From NCBI GenBank assembly GCA_963775465.1, contig CAVZIW010000003.1, positions 192,001 through 256,000 on the forward strand: a DNA stretch of 64,000 nucleotides, written 5' to 3'. Position 1 is the first letter of the stretch; every line of letters starts with the position of its first letter. This document shows, one piece after another, positions 9,990-19,760 of this stretch. This DNA is from Candidatus Bathyarchaeota archaeon. GTDB taxonomy: Archaea; Thermoproteota; Bathyarchaeia; Bathyarchaeales; Bathycorpusculaceae. The notes below the pieces were generated by a model. The model did no database searches, was not told where the DNA came from, and saw only the letters and a program-made list of their open reading frames with translations. The position numbers were made by a program, and so were the translations under genes.

Positions 9990-11092
9990 GTGGTTGTTTT
10001 GCAGAAACGGAGGCTTGGACGAACAAACCTTGAGGCTTCGTAGGTAGGATTTGGTGGAACATGGATATCCGAACTTCCAATTTCCGGCGCAATTGCAGTA
10101 GGACGCAGGGCTTTTGATTTTGGTATTAGCTATTTTGATACCGCTAAACTCGACGGTGACAGCGAAGAAAAAATAGGTGCTTCCCTTCAAGGCGTTAGAG
10201 ATCAGTGTATTATCGCCACCAAAACAGGCTCAAGAACAAAACAAGGATCAATTGAAGACATTCAAAGCAGTTTAAGACGTCTTAAAACTAATCACTTAGA
10301 TATCATTCAACTCCACGGAATAGACGATGAGACGACTCTCGCCAAAGCCATGGGTCCAAATGGTTCACTTAAAACTTGCAAGAAAGCGCAAAAGCAGGGT
10401 TTGGTTAATTTCATTGGAATAACAGGACATAAACCGCGCATTTTAGTTAAAGCAGTCGAGAGTGGCGAGTTTGACACGGTTTTGGTTCCAATTAATGTTG
10501 TGACTCGACAAGCATTGGAAGAGTTGGTGTCTATTGCCAAGGTGAATGATGTGGGTGTAGTGTTAATGAAGCCATTTTCCGCAAAAACATCGAATTTGAT
10601 AACATGCCTTTACCAACCCTCGCTCTCTTTAATCTCTCAAGAACCCGAACTCAAAGCGCTTTTAGGTGAATCTGCCGATGAGATGGTGCGAAGCGCGTTA
10701 AGGTATGTATTATCAAACGATGTTTCGGTTGTCATTCTAGGTCTAAGCAGTTTGAATGAGGTTGAGGTTACGGCGAATTTTGGAAAAGAATATACCTCAC
10801 TTAGTGTCGAGGAAAACAGCGCTTTTCATTTGACTTGGGCAATTGCTGCCGAGGCTGTGGGCAATGTCTCCCTTGTTCACAAAATGTCAATGTTCCGGCA
10901 ATACTCCGATTTTATAACCTTGACCAAGCATAAGGGTTAAAAGTCTGGGCCAAAAAACTCTACAACGGTCTAAAAGTCAAAGCCGACAAATGTGCAGGAA
11001 ACTGTGACGAATGTGAATCAAGATGCCCTTATCAGTTATCAATTAAAAATAAGTTGCAAAAAGCGCACCAAAACATGAAAACTGAATTTTAA
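9990..11092 (+). pseudogene. Aldo/keto reductase with C-terminal 2x[4Fe-4S] domain, disrupted
   Basis: Reads GTG 9990 ...KRRLGRTNLEAS*VGFGG...FDTA...IATK...IIQLHG with an in-frame TAG at 10041. A 1-nt loss near the A-run at 10813-10816 shifts out CRGCGQCLPC. A second stop (TAA 10931) lies before CAGNCDECESRCP. Confidence 0.85.
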
Positions 11093-11172
11093 AAAACTGG
11101 CGGTGTTTTAGAGTAGATCTGCTTTGACATAAGTTGTTTGCTAAAAAATTTTCTTTGGCGAAAATGAAAGTT

Positions 11173-12291
11173 TTACTCGTTTTCAATTAGTATCTGCTTT
11201 ATTTTTTCGACAAGTTGTTGGTTGTCTTTTTCCGAACGAATTGTGACGCGGAAGTGACTGTTATCCATTCCCATGAAAGTGCAACAATCACGGATTAGGA
11301 TATGATCTTTGGCGAGCAGTTCTTTGAGCATTGTGGAATTGGTTTTATCATTCAGAATTTTGACCAGGATGAAATTGGTTACTGATGGATAGATATATAA
11401 TCCTGGAATTTGGCCTAGTTTTTGGGCGAGGATTTGGCGGTTTTTGGCGATAGTTTGCTTGGTGTTTTCGATGAATTCAATATCATTAATAGCTGCCATG
11501 GTTACTTGGCAAGCTAAGCCGTTGATGCTCCAAGGCAGTCGCTTGTCTTCAAGTTTGGCAACTAAATCTTGTGCTGCCAAAGCGTAACCAAAACGGATAC
11601 CCGCCATACCATAGAATTTAGTAACTGAACGGATAACAAAAAGATTCTCGTAGTCTTCTACCATACCAGCCAGTGTGTCCTCCAAGCTTTTGTTGTCAAA
11701 TTCGATATAATTTTCGTCCACACTAAAGATAATGTCTTTTTTGTTGCAAAATTTAACCAAGTCGAGGAGCTCTTCTTTGCTGTAGAGCTTGCCAGATGGA
11801 CTATGAGGATTGCAGAGACACATAATTTTTGTGTCGTCGGTAACTGCCTCTTTTATTTTGTTTAAATTAAGACTAAAATCCTCTGGCAGCTGAACAAATA
11901 TTGGTACACCATTTACCCGAAGGGTTGCTTTCTCATATTCCGAAAATGAGGGAACAGGAATCACTGCTCCATGCCCACGTGGCAAAATTTCAGTTATCAT
12001 ATATATGAGTTCGATGGATCCATTACCCAGTAGCACGTTTTCTTCTCTAATGCCACAGCCAACATATTTGGCGATTTCAGTTTTGAATTCAACTGGGTTT
12101 GGGTCGGGATAGAATTTTATCAGTTTAGAATTCTGCTTTACGGCTTCTACAGCTTTAGGTGAAGGTCCGAGGAAGTTAATGGGTCCACTGAATTCGAGTA
12201 CTTCTTCAAGGGGTATTTTGTATTTTCTGCTAAATCCCCAGATGTCACCACCGTGGCTGACGAATCTTCGTTTTTTACATGTGCTCGACAA
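11173..12291 (-). CDS. cobD: L-threonine-O-3-phosphate decarboxylase (CobD/HisC-like class I PLP enzyme)
   Basis: N-terminal HGGD, YPDP, CNPHSPSG and RSVTKFYGMAGIRFGY (PLP lysine); other cob genes nearby. Confidence 0.8.
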   Translation of the reverse strand: MSSTCKKRRFVSHGGDIWGFSRKYKIPLEEVLEFSGPINFLGPSPKAVEAVKQNSKLIKFYPDPNPVEFKTEIAKYVGCGIREENVLLGNGSIELIYMITEILPRGHGAVIPVPSFSEYEKATLRVNGVPIFVQLPEDFSLNLNKIKEAVTDDTKIMCLCNPHSPSGKLYSKEELLDLVKFCNKKDIIFSVDENYIEFDNKSLEDTLAGMVEDYENLFVIRSVTKFYGMAGIRFGYALAAQDLVAKLEDKRLPWSINGLACQVTMAAINDIEFIENTKQTIAKNRQILAQKLGQIPGLYIYPSVTNFILVKILNDKTNSTMLKELLAKDHILIRDCCTFMGMDNSHFRVTIRSEKDNQQLVEKIKQILIENE

Positions 12292-12293
12292 CT

Positions 12294-12827
12294 CTATGTC
12301 TCCATTAATCTTGCAATTTCTTTCTCTACCAGTAAGTGAGCTTTAAAGTGTGCGTTGTATAAGTTCACGACTTTGTATAGCCAGTAAACTGCGCCAACGC
12401 CTAGCGTAATTATTGTTATTGCAGCAAATGTTTTTATCGGTATTGTCTGAGGCATAAACATCCGTTCTGGAAACGCAACTGCGAGAAAGGCATCTTGGTC
12501 GCTTTCATGCAACAGCAAGTCTCTTGATAACCTGTAAAGAATGAAGAAAATGGGTATTACAAAAATTATGCTGGCTGCCCACGCCTCTGGGTTCATTCCC
12601 TTAACTTCTCGGCTTTTAATTGGTGCCTCTCTTCCTTTGCTTTTCAGATAAGTCACAATCTGCGTTTCTAACATAGTTTCCTTTTCGAAATGCCTGTTTC
12701 TGCTCTCAACTAAACGATAAAACATGGGAAAAAAAGCTATGCCGAAAGTTACTACTGCGCCAAGGAACCACATGGAAAACCACACCTTTCTGTCAGGACA
12801 AATTCTATTGTTCATAGCGGTTTCCAT
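12294..12827 (-). CDS. DUF4234-like membrane protein, co-oriented upstream of cobD
   Basis: Repeated 'VVTFGI/IITLGVGAVYWLYK...N.H' pattern and several TM segments. Confidence 0.6.
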   Translation of the reverse strand: METAMNNRICPDRKVWFSMWFLGAVVTFGIAFFPMFYRLVESRNRHFEKETMLETQIVTYLKSKGREAPIKSREVKGMNPEAWAASIIFVIPIFFILYRLSRDLLLHESDQDAFLAVAFPERMFMPQTIPIKTFAAITIITLGVGAVYWLYKVVNLYNAHFKAHLLVEKEIARLMET

Positions 12828-12895
12828 GAAAGTTCAAACTTCTTAGCTTTTGTTGCTTACAAAGTTGGGGTAGCCAAACTTTATAAGGGCTTCCA

Positions 12896-13612
12896 TTGGC
12901 AATTAAGAATAAAATGAGCCGATCTTCAATGCTGCTTTCCATCATAATTCCCGTGTTTAACGAGGAATTGACAATAGGCAACATAATTGACCGCACCAAA
13001 ACATCGGCTGATCAGATTGGTGTGCAATATGAAGTTATTGTTGTGGATGACCATTCTTACGACAAGTCGCTTGAAGTTGCCAAGACACGCAATGTTCGGT
13101 TGTTGAGTTTAAAGCAGCATTTAGGGAAAGGCTGCGCTTTGAGAGCTGGGTTTGCCAAAGCTAAAGGGGACATTATTGTTACAATCGATTCTGACGCTTC
13201 CCATCGCCCCGAAGAACTCAGTGAAGTTTTGGAACCTATTCTGGAGGATGAAGCCGACTTAGTTATAGGCTCGCGTTACTTGAACCACAACAGCGTGGCA
13301 GCGAGAAAACTCAACGCATTTGGTGTTCGGATTTTCAATTATCTAATCCAGCTTTTTACAGGTGTTGGTATAACTGATTCCCAGTCCGGTTTCCGAGCAA
13401 TGAAGATTGAAGTATTGAAAAAGCAGAAATTGAAATCAGGCGAATATGAGATAGAATCTGAAATGTTAGTTAAGACTGCCAAACAAGGCTTTCGTGTAAC
13501 AGAAGTGCCGATTAGTTTTGAACAAAGGACTTATGGTAGGTCAGGTGTTGACCCAATGATAGACGGAGCCAAAATATTGCTATCCATAGTCTTTTCATAT
13601 GTGAAGGGGTAA
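12896..13612 (+). CDS. GT2 glycosyltransferase, polyprenol-phosphate mannose synthase-like (likely start ATG 12914)
   Basis: SIIIPVFNEE, VVDDHSYD, GKG, IDSD, IGSRY and DSQSGFRA motifs. Confidence 0.9.
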   Translation: MAIKNKMSRSSMLLSIIIPVFNEELTIGNIIDRTKTSADQIGVQYEVIVVDDHSYDKSLEVAKTRNVRLLSLKQHLGKGCALRAGFAKAKGDIIVTIDSDASHRPEELSEVLEPILEDEADLVIGSRYLNHNSVAARKLNAFGVRIFNYLIQLFTGVGITDSQSGFRAMKIEVLKKQKLKSGEYEIESEMLVKTAKQGFRVTEVPISFEQRTYGRSGVDPMIDGAKILLSIVFSYVKG

Positions 13613-13616
13613 ACAA

Positions 13617-14606
13617 ATGGCTGAAACTTCAACACCTAATGTTACAATTATTGTGGCAGCTTACAATAGCCAAGATACTATAGGGGAGTGCCTTAAATCC
13701 ATCTTGGCACAAAACTACCCCGCAAACGCATTAGAAATAATAGTTATGGACGGGGGTAGCAAAGATAACACTGTCAAAATCGCCCAACAGTTTCCAATTA
13801 AAGTGTTTTCAATTCGCCTTAACTGTCCAGCTGCTTACAACTACGCTCACAAAATCGCCAAATACTCGGTTTTAGGATTTATTGACGCTGACGCTAAAGT
13901 TGAAACAGAATGGCTTCAAAAACTTGTCTCTCATTTAAATGAGCAAAATGTGGTAGGTGTTAGCGGGAGTATTGAAACCTGGAACCAAGACAACCCATGG
14001 GCTAGAAGCATCGGATACGAACTAAAAAACCGCTACCACCGTATCGGCAAATACACAGGTCGAATTGCAACCATGAATCTGCTTATGAAAAAGGCTACGA
14101 TTGAAGAAGTAGGCGGATGGGATGAGAAGCTGCCCAGTCAATACGATACTGACCTTGGTTTTCGAATAAGTGCAAGAGGATACAAAATTGCTTATGACCC
14201 CACCGCACTCTGCTATCATTATAATCGTCCAACTTTGAAAGCATTTTATAGGCAACAGTTGCAGTATGGAAAAAACACCTTGAAACTTTATTTTAAACAT
14301 GGACGACTAGCAAGAGGCGACGAGATTACAGATGTAGGAATGAACATTCAGCCAATCCTGATTTTGGCAGCAGTGGTCTCTTTCCTATTGGGTATCCTTC
14401 CCCTGTTAAGGTTGCTCTGGGTTGCCTCTGGATTAATTTTGTTGGCGATGGTGGTTTACTTTATTTTTTCTGCAGCAAAGATCTCGCAAAAGTTTGGAGA
14501 CTGGTCGGCGATGCGTCTTTTTGTGCTTTACTTTGTTCGGTCGGGAGCATGGTTTATCGGCGCAACCATCACAACTTTGCGCTACCTAACTGGGAGTAGC
14601 AAATGA
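13617..14606 (+). CDS. GT2 glycosyltransferase with C-terminal membrane helices
   Basis: IVAAYNS, MDGGSKD, FIDAD, VGGWDE and YDTDL motifs; hydrophobic C-terminus. Confidence 0.9.
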   Translation: MAETSTPNVTIIVAAYNSQDTIGECLKSILAQNYPANALEIIVMDGGSKDNTVKIAQQFPIKVFSIRLNCPAAYNYAHKIAKYSVLGFIDADAKVETEWLQKLVSHLNEQNVVGVSGSIETWNQDNPWARSIGYELKNRYHRIGKYTGRIATMNLLMKKATIEEVGGWDEKLPSQYDTDLGFRISARGYKIAYDPTALCYHYNRPTLKAFYRQQLQYGKNTLKLYFKHGRLARGDEITDVGMNIQPILILAAVVSFLLGILPLLRLLWVASGLILLAMVVYFIFSAAKISQKFGDWSAMRLFVLYFVRSGAWFIGATITTLRYLTGSSK

Positions 14607-15802
14607 TGTCGCATAAGGTCTGCTTTATATCTCCTGAATACTGGCCCCTAACAGGAGGTACAGGAAGCTATGTCTATTACCTCACAAACGAACTGCTCAA
14701 AAACGGCTACCGAATCTATGTGGTTACAGGATCAAATCAAACACAAGACATACAAGTCAACCCTCAACTTGATGTTTCATTTCTAAAGATTCCTAAAATG
14801 CCCATAGTTAAATCCTTCATGCTTGCAGGGAACAGCAATCGCAAACTTCAAAGTGTACAAAATACTGCTAATGTCGACATTACTCATCCACAACTTCCCC
14901 TTACACCCAACTTCGCAGTGCCACCTAATTTTGGTAAAACTCTTGTTTGCACAGTCCACTCGACATGGAAAGGCGAAGCTAAAGCAATCCAAAGTGAGCC
15001 ATATACCCGCTTAAACCCAAATGAAAAATTCTTGGTTAGTTTCAACTGGTTTTTACGTTTTTTCGAAGAGGGCATGTTGCACCGGGCGAGGAAAATTATT
15101 GCAGTTAGTCACTTTACAAAATGGGAATTGATGAATTACTACAAAATTCCCGAAAGTAAAATCAAAGTTATTCATAATGGCGTGGACATTTTTAAGTTCA
15201 CCCCATCAATTGATAAACGCAAAATCAAGACAGAGCTTGGCTTTAACCCAGACGATCTGACAATCCTCTCTGTAGGTCGGTTATACGCTAGAAAAGGTTT
15301 GTTCACCCTCATTGAAAGCATGCCAGCAATCGTAAAAAGGTTCCCAAATGCGAAATTCATCATATCTGGCAAAGGGCAAAGCGACGAAATGCACAAACTC
15401 ATCACTCATGCGGAACTTCTAGGTGTTAAAAACAATATCATATTCACAGGCTATTACCCCGACAAGAAATTGCCAAAGCTCTATCAAGCCGCCGACATAT
15501 TTGCATTCTCTACATTTTATGAGCACCATCCCTTTGCGGTTTTAGAAGCGCTTTCAACAGGTTTACCAGTTGTAACAACAACTGTGGGCGGTATCCCTGA
15601 AACAATTGAAAACGGAAAAAATGGATTTCTCGTTAAGCCCTTCAATTCAAGTCAATTCGCCGACAGAATTTTATTTCTTCTTGAGCATCCGACGGAAGCA
15701 GCTGAGATGGGCAAAAAAGCCCGGCAGACAGTTGAGCAACAATTGGATTGGCGAATAGTTGTAAAAGATGCAATAAAAGTCTACAATGAAGTTTTAAGTT
15801 AA
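14603..15802 (+). CDS. GT4 (GT-B) glycosyltransferase
   Basis: IHNGVD, VGRLYARKG and EHHPFAVLEALSTGLPVV motifs; ATGA overlap with the upstream GT2. Confidence 0.92.
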   Translation: MMSHKVCFISPEYWPLTGGTGSYVYYLTNELLKNGYRIYVVTGSNQTQDIQVNPQLDVSFLKIPKMPIVKSFMLAGNSNRKLQSVQNTANVDITHPQLPLTPNFAVPPNFGKTLVCTVHSTWKGEAKAIQSEPYTRLNPNEKFLVSFNWFLRFFEEGMLHRARKIIAVSHFTKWELMNYYKIPESKIKVIHNGVDIFKFTPSIDKRKIKTELGFNPDDLTILSVGRLYARKGLFTLIESMPAIVKRFPNAKFIISGKGQSDEMHKLITHAELLGVKNNIIFTGYYPDKKLPKLYQAADIFAFSTFYEHHPFAVLEALSTGLPVVTTTVGGIPETIENGKNGFLVKPFNSSQFADRILFLLEHPTEAAEMGKKARQTVEQQLDWRIVVKDAIKVYNEVLS

Positions 15803-16761
15803 CCAACTTCGATTGATCTGCCCCGATACGCCATCGTAACTTTCTGAAAAAGTCTAACGATATCTAAAGAGCAGAAGAGAATTTTCGTTAGGTATTCATG
15901 CTGATAAACCATCATTTGAGCCTTTACTGGTAGGTCAATACGTGGAGGCTCAAAGCGGTGGGCAATTGAAGAAATGGGCAAACCTTCAACTCTGATTTTT
16001 TCTTCGAGAAAACCTGTTTTATTGGCGATGTACTGCAGATAAGTTTTTTTCCAATTAAGTTTCATGATTTTGGTAGCGATTATGTCGACTGCTAACGCAT
16101 CATCCCCAGTCAACATTAGGTTCATCTTGACTGGTTTGCCTTTTGTTGGTCCATTGCCCTCTATACCAGTTCGCGCATCCATTATCGTTAACTGTGGCTT
16201 AAATAGTGTGTAGATACGATAAAACACTTCAGGCAAGTATGGGTGGAGGTAGATGCGTTTGTTGCTGGGTACGCATCCAAACAGGTTTTTGATGGCGCCG
16301 CTGAAAACCATAAACTCGTGCGTTTTCATCAACGGCAAATCCACCACTGCATCAGCGTCAAGGATCGTTTTAGGTAGAAACAGGCGTTTAAGTGGTGTGT
16401 TACCTTGGAATTTTACTTCGACTACTTTGTCTTCGGATAGGTTTATTACGGTTCCACCTGCCTCTTTAACTGCAGCTTGTGTGCCGGTTTTGTCAAAAGC
16501 AGTCCAACAAGGGTAGTTGAATCCGTTGGATTCGCCAACAACTACTTCACTGTTACCATCTCTTAGTAACCCAACAAGTTGTTGCATGAGTTCTGGGCTG
16601 GTGACGACGCCGGGCAAGTATTCTGGATGGCTTAGGTTTGGTTTGATGAAGATTTTGCCTTTGCCTCGTAGCCCGGAATTAGCAACTGCCTTCTTCAAAA
16701 TGCTGCTTATATCATCTTTAGCGCGTAAGATTTTGACTGTTTTCTGCTGCTGCTCAAGCAT
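15799..16761 (-). CDS. DUF362 domain protein
   Basis: IKPNL, VVTSP, PLMKTH, SGAIKNLFG, GIEGNGP and DALAVD motifs. Confidence 0.85.
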   Translation of the reverse strand: MLEQQQKTVKILRAKDDISSILKKAVANSGLRGKGKIFIKPNLSHPEYLPGVVTSPELMQQLVGLLRDGNSEVVVGESNGFNYPCWTAFDKTGTQAAVKEAGGTVINLSEDKVVEVKFQGNTPLKRLFLPKTILDADAVVDLPLMKTHEFMVFSGAIKNLFGCVPSNKRIYLHPYLPEVFYRIYTLFKPQLTIMDARTGIEGNGPTKGKPVKMNLMLTGDDALAVDIIATKIMKLNWKKTYLQYIANKTGFLEEKIRVEGLPISSIAHRFEPPRIDLPVKAQMMVYQHEYLTKILFCSLDIVRLFQKVTMAYRGRSIEVG

Positions 16762-18178
16762 TTTTTGTTTTCACTCCCTGGAGGCAACCGGGGTCTCCAT
16801 TCAGCATGTCACCGTTATGGTATGCAGCTGATCGAGCTCGGCATCCGCCGCAGATAAACTTATAGTCGCATTTGCCACATGACCCTTTCAAATTAGCTCT
16901 GTTGCGGAACTTCTTGAAAAGGGGTGCGTTTAGCCAGATATCGTGAAACTTTTGGGATTTTAGGTTGCCGACTTTTACAGGCAGAAAAACACATGGATGC
17001 ATGTCTCCTTGTGGTGAGATCGAACAATATAGTCTGCCTGCTCCGCATCCGCCGATGAAATCACCAAGCGGCACAGCTTTCTTGGTAACTTTGACGGTTT
17101 GCATGTGTGCCATTGACATCGTGACTTCACCCGTGCCTCCTAAACCTTGACACTGCAAAGCCACTCGAGCCAGCTGCGGTGCAGTCGCAAGGATTGTTGT
17201 TTTACATCCGGCTGACATGCGGTTAAGTAAATAACGGAGAACTTCCTCTCGTTCCTTGGGTGACAAGTCTTGGTCAACATGTGCTTTGCCGCGTCCTGTC
17301 GGAATAAAATTAAAATAAGTAAATCGTTCAGCTTTGATGTTCTCTGCTAAATCGATAATAGCAGGTAACTCTGCCATGTTGTTTTTGCCAACAGTTGTCG
17401 CGATGCATACACACAAGTCGGCGTCCACACAATTTTTAAGTCCAGCTACCGCCTTTTCAAAGGTTCCGGGGACACCTCGGAAATCATCGTGTGTCTTGGC
17501 GGATGCACCATCGATGCTTACATCGATGTAGTTAACTTTTGCTGCCTTGATTTTTTGTACGTTTTCTTTGGTGAGAAGGGTGCCGTTTGAAGCGAGTGAC
17601 ACGTAGAGGCCACGATCGGAAGCATATCGTGCAACTTGGAAGAAGTCTTTGCGGGTTAAGGGTTCGCCGCCGCTAAACGCCAATGCCGTTACACCTGCAT
17701 CTGCAAGTTGGTCAACAACGGCCAACGCCTGTTCAGTCGTTAATTCCTGCTCTTGGATATCGCCGCTGTTGGAGTAACAGTGTTTGCAGACTAAGTTGCA
17801 TTTATGAGTGAAATCCCAAACAACCAGAAACGGCGCGGAAAGCGACATAGGTCTTTTAATGCCAAAATAAGCAAATGACCGAACTAAATTCAAAACGGCA
17901 GTCTGCGCATAGCGGTCAGCTAAAAGCTTCTTAACCTTTGCCCGCTTAAACCCGAGACTTCTGCGCAGAAACTCCACCCAAAAACTAATAACCTGAGAGT
18001 AGAAACCACTGCATTGCCCGCATTGTTTGTCTTTTTTGCTAGCGTAATCGTCAAGTGCTGCCTCCAGCACCGTTCTGCCGCATTTGGGGCATTTTTTTAG
18101 CGAGAGCTGGAGCATCTTTTTGGTCATAGGCAGAGAAATGACTGCATTCCAAAATATATCGTAGCTAAGGATGTTCAT
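16754..18178 (-). CDS. Radical SAM/SPASM protein resembling the GMGT synthase (Gms) family
   Basis: FGIKRPMSLSAPFLVVWDFTHKCNLVCKHC core, FIGGCGAGRLY...PCVFLP and CGKCDYKFICGGC SPASM domain, and an N-terminal extension with CPKC/CGQC. ATG 18178 preferred over 18268. Confidence 0.75.
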   Translation of the reverse strand: MNILSYDIFWNAVISLPMTKKMLQLSLKKCPKCGRTVLEAALDDYASKKDKQCGQCSGFYSQVISFWVEFLRRSLGFKRAKVKKLLADRYAQTAVLNLVRSFAYFGIKRPMSLSAPFLVVWDFTHKCNLVCKHCYSNSGDIQEQELTTEQALAVVDQLADAGVTALAFSGGEPLTRKDFFQVARYASDRGLYVSLASNGTLLTKENVQKIKAAKVNYIDVSIDGASAKTHDDFRGVPGTFEKAVAGLKNCVDADLCVCIATTVGKNNMAELPAIIDLAENIKAERFTYFNFIPTGRGKAHVDQDLSPKEREEVLRYLLNRMSAGCKTTILATAPQLARVALQCQGLGGTGEVTMSMAHMQTVKVTKKAVPLGDFIGGCGAGRLYCSISPQGDMHPCVFLPVKVGNLKSQKFHDIWLNAPLFKKFRNRANLKGSCGKCDYKFICGGCRARSAAYHNGDMLNGDPGCLQGVKTKNA

Positions 18179-18349
18179 ACAGTTTTCTCCGTGCCGCTTT
18201 GGTAGTAAATTGAGTGTGTGGGATGTTAAATATTTCTCTAATCGCAATGCCGATTCAAAATGATGCAAAAGGCAATATAATTAAATAATCGACTAAGGTC
18301 GCAAAACGATATAAGATTGTAAATCTCGGAATATATTTCAGGGAAGAAA

Positions 18350-19729
18350 TTGAAAAGAAGTGCTCTGCTGATTGCAACTATAGGATTGATTGCAGTTATA
18401 GTGGTATCCACGTTGATAATTTACGAACACGGCGTGCTCACCCCAGAAGGCTCCAATGTTCTTTGGCAACGCAACCTTGAGAATTTTGCCACTGCTTTAG
18501 CCACTGATAATGGAAAGGTTTTTACGATGGACATTTCTGGGAACGTCAATTGTTATGACAATCAAACTGGCAAATCAATCTGGAACGGTAGCAGTGTGGG
18601 TGGCTATTTCGCTGCAGAACTCACAGTGGCGGAAGGCAGGGTTTACGGCGGTTACAGGCATGCTTCCGTTGGATGTTTAGATGAGGCAACAGGGCAGTTT
18701 CAATGGAACCTTATTTATACCGCTGGCGTTAATCAAGCACCTGATAATCTTATCGTTGAAGATGGACAGTTGTTTGTGATTGCAGAAGGCCCCGGAGCAG
18801 GAGTTACTGCCCTCAACGCTTCAAATGGGCAGATTCTATGGCAAACACCCTACCGATTTGACATATTTGGAAATATAACTGACTCCAAGACTTGGTGGGT
18901 AAGCGGTTATCCGTTGGGAGGTGACCCCTTTGACGGCAGCAACGTTTATGCGTTAGGCGGCAACGAATCTGAGGTAAATATTTTCAAGCTGGATACGAAC
19001 AACGGCAACATACTTTGGCACAGCAACCTAACATCATTCGTGGGGATTCCAAGTGTTATAACAATATATCAAGGGCAACTAATCGTAGAGAGCGGCAACC
19101 AAATCCTAAGTCTCAACGCCACGTCAGGCGACAGCCTCTGGAACATCGACGTTGGCGCCCGAATCCATTCCGCCGCCCCCCATCAAGGTTTACTTCTTTT
19201 CGGAGCCTCAGACGGCAACTTTTATGGGCTCGATTTACAGAGCGGCACTATATCTGCCACAACCAAAGTTGATAGTCAAAACTTCTTCTCCCTCGTTAAC
19301 AGCGACAATGCCCTTACAGTTTTTCCCATACAGGTTGACCCTCAAAATCAACGGATATATTGGAGCTTTGGCATCACAGAACAAAACCAATTCAAAGCTA
19401 CTATAGTCAGCCTCGACTTAGCCATACTAAAAGTTGAATGGACAAAACAAATCCAAGATAGCACCCTCTCCTTCGACAGCCAAACGGCTTCAGCTATCAA
19501 CAAGGACGCTCTGTTTTTGACCGAGAATAATGCTCTTTGGGTTTTTAACGCCGCAAACGGTAACTTGGCTGAGAAGCCAACGCTTCGACCACTACGTGTT
19601 AGCGCCAGTGGAGGCGGACGAAGAGATGTTTGTGGCATCAGACCTCCAACTAACCGCATACAATTAATCTTAAGCGCATTAAGGCTATTAATAGAAGGTA
19701 CACTGCTCTGGAGTAAGTGTTCATTTTAG
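18350..19729 (+). CDS. Membrane-anchored/secreted PQQ-like (BamB-type) beta-propeller protein; C-terminus probably frameshifted (alternative stop 19667)
   Basis: N-terminal hydrophobic helix and repeated 'ALNAxxGxxLW' blades. An alternative frame after about 19568 gives RSQRFDHYVLAPVEADEEMFVASDLQLTAYN*. Confidence 0.8.
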   Translation: MKRSALLIATIGLIAVIVVSTLIIYEHGVLTPEGSNVLWQRNLENFATALATDNGKVFTMDISGNVNCYDNQTGKSIWNGSSVGGYFAAELTVAEGRVYGGYRHASVGCLDEATGQFQWNLIYTAGVNQAPDNLIVEDGQLFVIAEGPGAGVTALNASNGQILWQTPYRFDIFGNITDSKTWWVSGYPLGGDPFDGSNVYALGGNESEVNIFKLDTNNGNILWHSNLTSFVGIPSVITIYQGQLIVESGNQILSLNATSGDSLWNIDVGARIHSAAPHQGLLLFGASDGNFYGLDLQSGTISATTKVDSQNFFSLVNSDNALTVFPIQVDPQNQRIYWSFGITEQNQFKATIVSLDLAILKVEWTKQIQDSTLSFDSQTASAINKDALFLTENNALWVFNAANGNLAEKPTLRPLRVSASGGGRRDVCGIRPPTNRIQLILSALRLLIEGTLLWSKCSF

Positions 19730-19760
19730 AGCGAAGTGCTTAACTCTGAGAAGTTTTAAA

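Noticed and set aside
10041-10043. In-frame TAG in the aldo/keto reductase as possible pyrrolysine
   Set aside because: The same gene also has a frameshift and an in-frame TAA. TAG is used as a normal stop at 2679, 24662, 35664 and 60302, and no pyl genes are in the window.
9600-10190. 196-aa minus-strand ORF
   Set aside because: Antisense to the radical SAM and the AKR pseudogene, with no recognisable motifs. The same applies to the other antisense ORFs (e.g. 3547-4098, 39156-39674, 58914-59405, 63336-63884).
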